Origin: Actinomycetota bacterium
GTDB lineage: Bacteria; Actinomycetota; Actinomycetes; Nanopelagicales; Nanopelagicaceae
NCBI GenBank assembly: GCA_041165565.1
Contig: JBEANJ010000004.1
Coordinates: 1-44,861 of the forward strand
Direction: 5' to 3'
DNA length: 44,861 bases
This document shows, piece by piece, positions 44,207 through 44,861 of this stretch. Positions within the stretch are counted from its first letter, which is position 1. Each line of letters starts with the position of its first letter. The position numbers were made by a program, and so were the translations under genes. The notes under the pieces were generated by a model, which was not told the origin of the DNA, did not search any database, and worked only from the letters and a program-made list of their open reading frames with translations.

Positions 44207-44861
44207 TTATTTCACGACAGCAGATAGCGGCGACATTTCAGAATGAAGTCTGCATGCCGCACGGATTATCGGAATACTCAAAATTGCTCCAGTGCCTTCC
44301 CCTAATCTAAGTTCTAAATCTAGAATTGGGTCTAATTTCAACTGACCAGCTGCAATTTTGCTGGCAGGCTCAGAAGAGATATGACCTAAAAGAATTGAAC
44401 TTCGGACTTCTGGTTTGAATGCAACAGCAAGAAGTGCCGCTGCCAACGTTGATACTCCATCCAAAACAACAGGAACATTAAGGCTAGCTGATCTAACAAT
44501 TAAACCGACCATCGCCGCTATTTCAAAACCTCCAAAACTACAAAGTAATTTCAGCGGATCATCTTTTGAAACTAATTTACTTATCTGGTCTGAAACGACA
44601 TGTAACTTAGATTCAAAGACTTCATCTGGTATCCCAGAGCCCCTACCAGTAACTTCAGCAGCCGATACTCCACATAATTTGGCAATTAAAATTGCAGATG
44701 AAGTTGTATTACCTATTCCTACCTCACCGACACAGATACTCCTTGAGCCTCCAGCAATTAAACGCTCAGCCGTCATGGCACCTGTTTCGAGCGCTTGATA
44801 AAGCTGTGATTCAGACATGGCTGGTCCATTTCGGAAATCTAAAGTTCCAGGTGAGATATTT
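44207..44861 (-). CDS. cobT: Nicotinate-nucleotide--dimethylbenzimidazole phosphoribosyltransferase, partial. The 5' end lies beyond the window.
   Basis: The frame stays open upstream of the listed Met (…NISPGTLDFRNGPAMSESQ). Motifs are GEVGIGNTT and LRLGEGTGA. Confidence 0.85.
   Translation of the reverse strand, partial: NISPGTLDFRNGPAMSESQLYQALETGAMTAERLIAGGSRSICVGEVGIGNTTSSAILIAKLCGVSAAEVTGRGSGIPDEVFESKLHVVSDQISKLVSKDDPLKLLCSFGGFEIAAMVGLIVRSASLNVPVVLDGVSTLAAALLAVAFKPEVRSSILLGHISSEPASKIAAGQLKLDPILDLELRLGEGTGAILSIPIIRAACRLHSEMSPLSAVVK

Noticed and set aside
1-44861. tRNA/rRNA genes, CRISPR arrays, tandem or interspersed repeats, IS elements, and phage or defence-system genes
   Set aside because: Reading both strands, I saw no tRNA T-arm or acceptor signatures, no regularly spaced repeats, no transposase, integrase, recombinase or nuclease-type ORFs, and no unexplained gap longer than about 170 nt. 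Absence judged by eye is not proof, and tRNAscan/Infernal would confirm it.

Overview
This is a very tightly packed, moderately low-GC bacterial chromosome segment. Intergenic spacers are tiny, there are many ATGA/TAATG-type start/stop overlaps, several starts are GTG or TTG, and convergent genes abut or overlap. The his gene order, the long-form HisG and the lipobox lipoproteins look actinobacterial. A streamlined planktonic actinobacterium is my guess, and I cannot verify it here.

The left ~30 kb is an accessory-looking catabolic region, in four parts.
(i) An aryl/acyl-CoA module: a 5'-truncated OYE-type flavin reductase, a MenB/BadI-like crotonase, a PcaF/PaaJ-like thiolase, an SDR, RidA, a fused ADP-forming acyl-CoA synthetase, a disrupted AMP-dependent CoA ligase, and an orphan acyl-CoA mutase large subunit.
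(ii) A divergent pair of paralogous CrtI/COG1233-like flavoproteins.
(iii) A cyclase-family amidohydrolase (kynurenine formamidase / isatin hydrolase family) placed divergently from a two-subunit indolepyruvate:ferredoxin oxidoreductase.
(iv) Two complete LivJHMGF-type ABC importers flanking tryptophan 2,3-dioxygenase, OsmC and a bicupin, with a kynureninase-like PLP enzyme translationally coupled to the second importer.

The right ~15 kb is core metabolism on the minus strand. It is a near-complete histidine supraoperon, hisD-[gltB-gltD-small ORF-lipoprotein]-hisC-hisB-hisH-hisA/priA-hisF-hisI-hisE-hisG, preceded by an SDR and a partial cobT.

I saw no rRNA or tRNA genes, CRISPR array, transposase, integrase or recognisable transcription-factor gene. 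My main hypothesis is that the left region is a regulator-less route of tryptophan uptake -> kynurenine -> anthranilate -> aryl-CoA degradation, combined with an archaeal-style IOR plus ADP-forming synthetase branch. All functional calls rest on motifs read by eye from the supplied translations. No database search was run.
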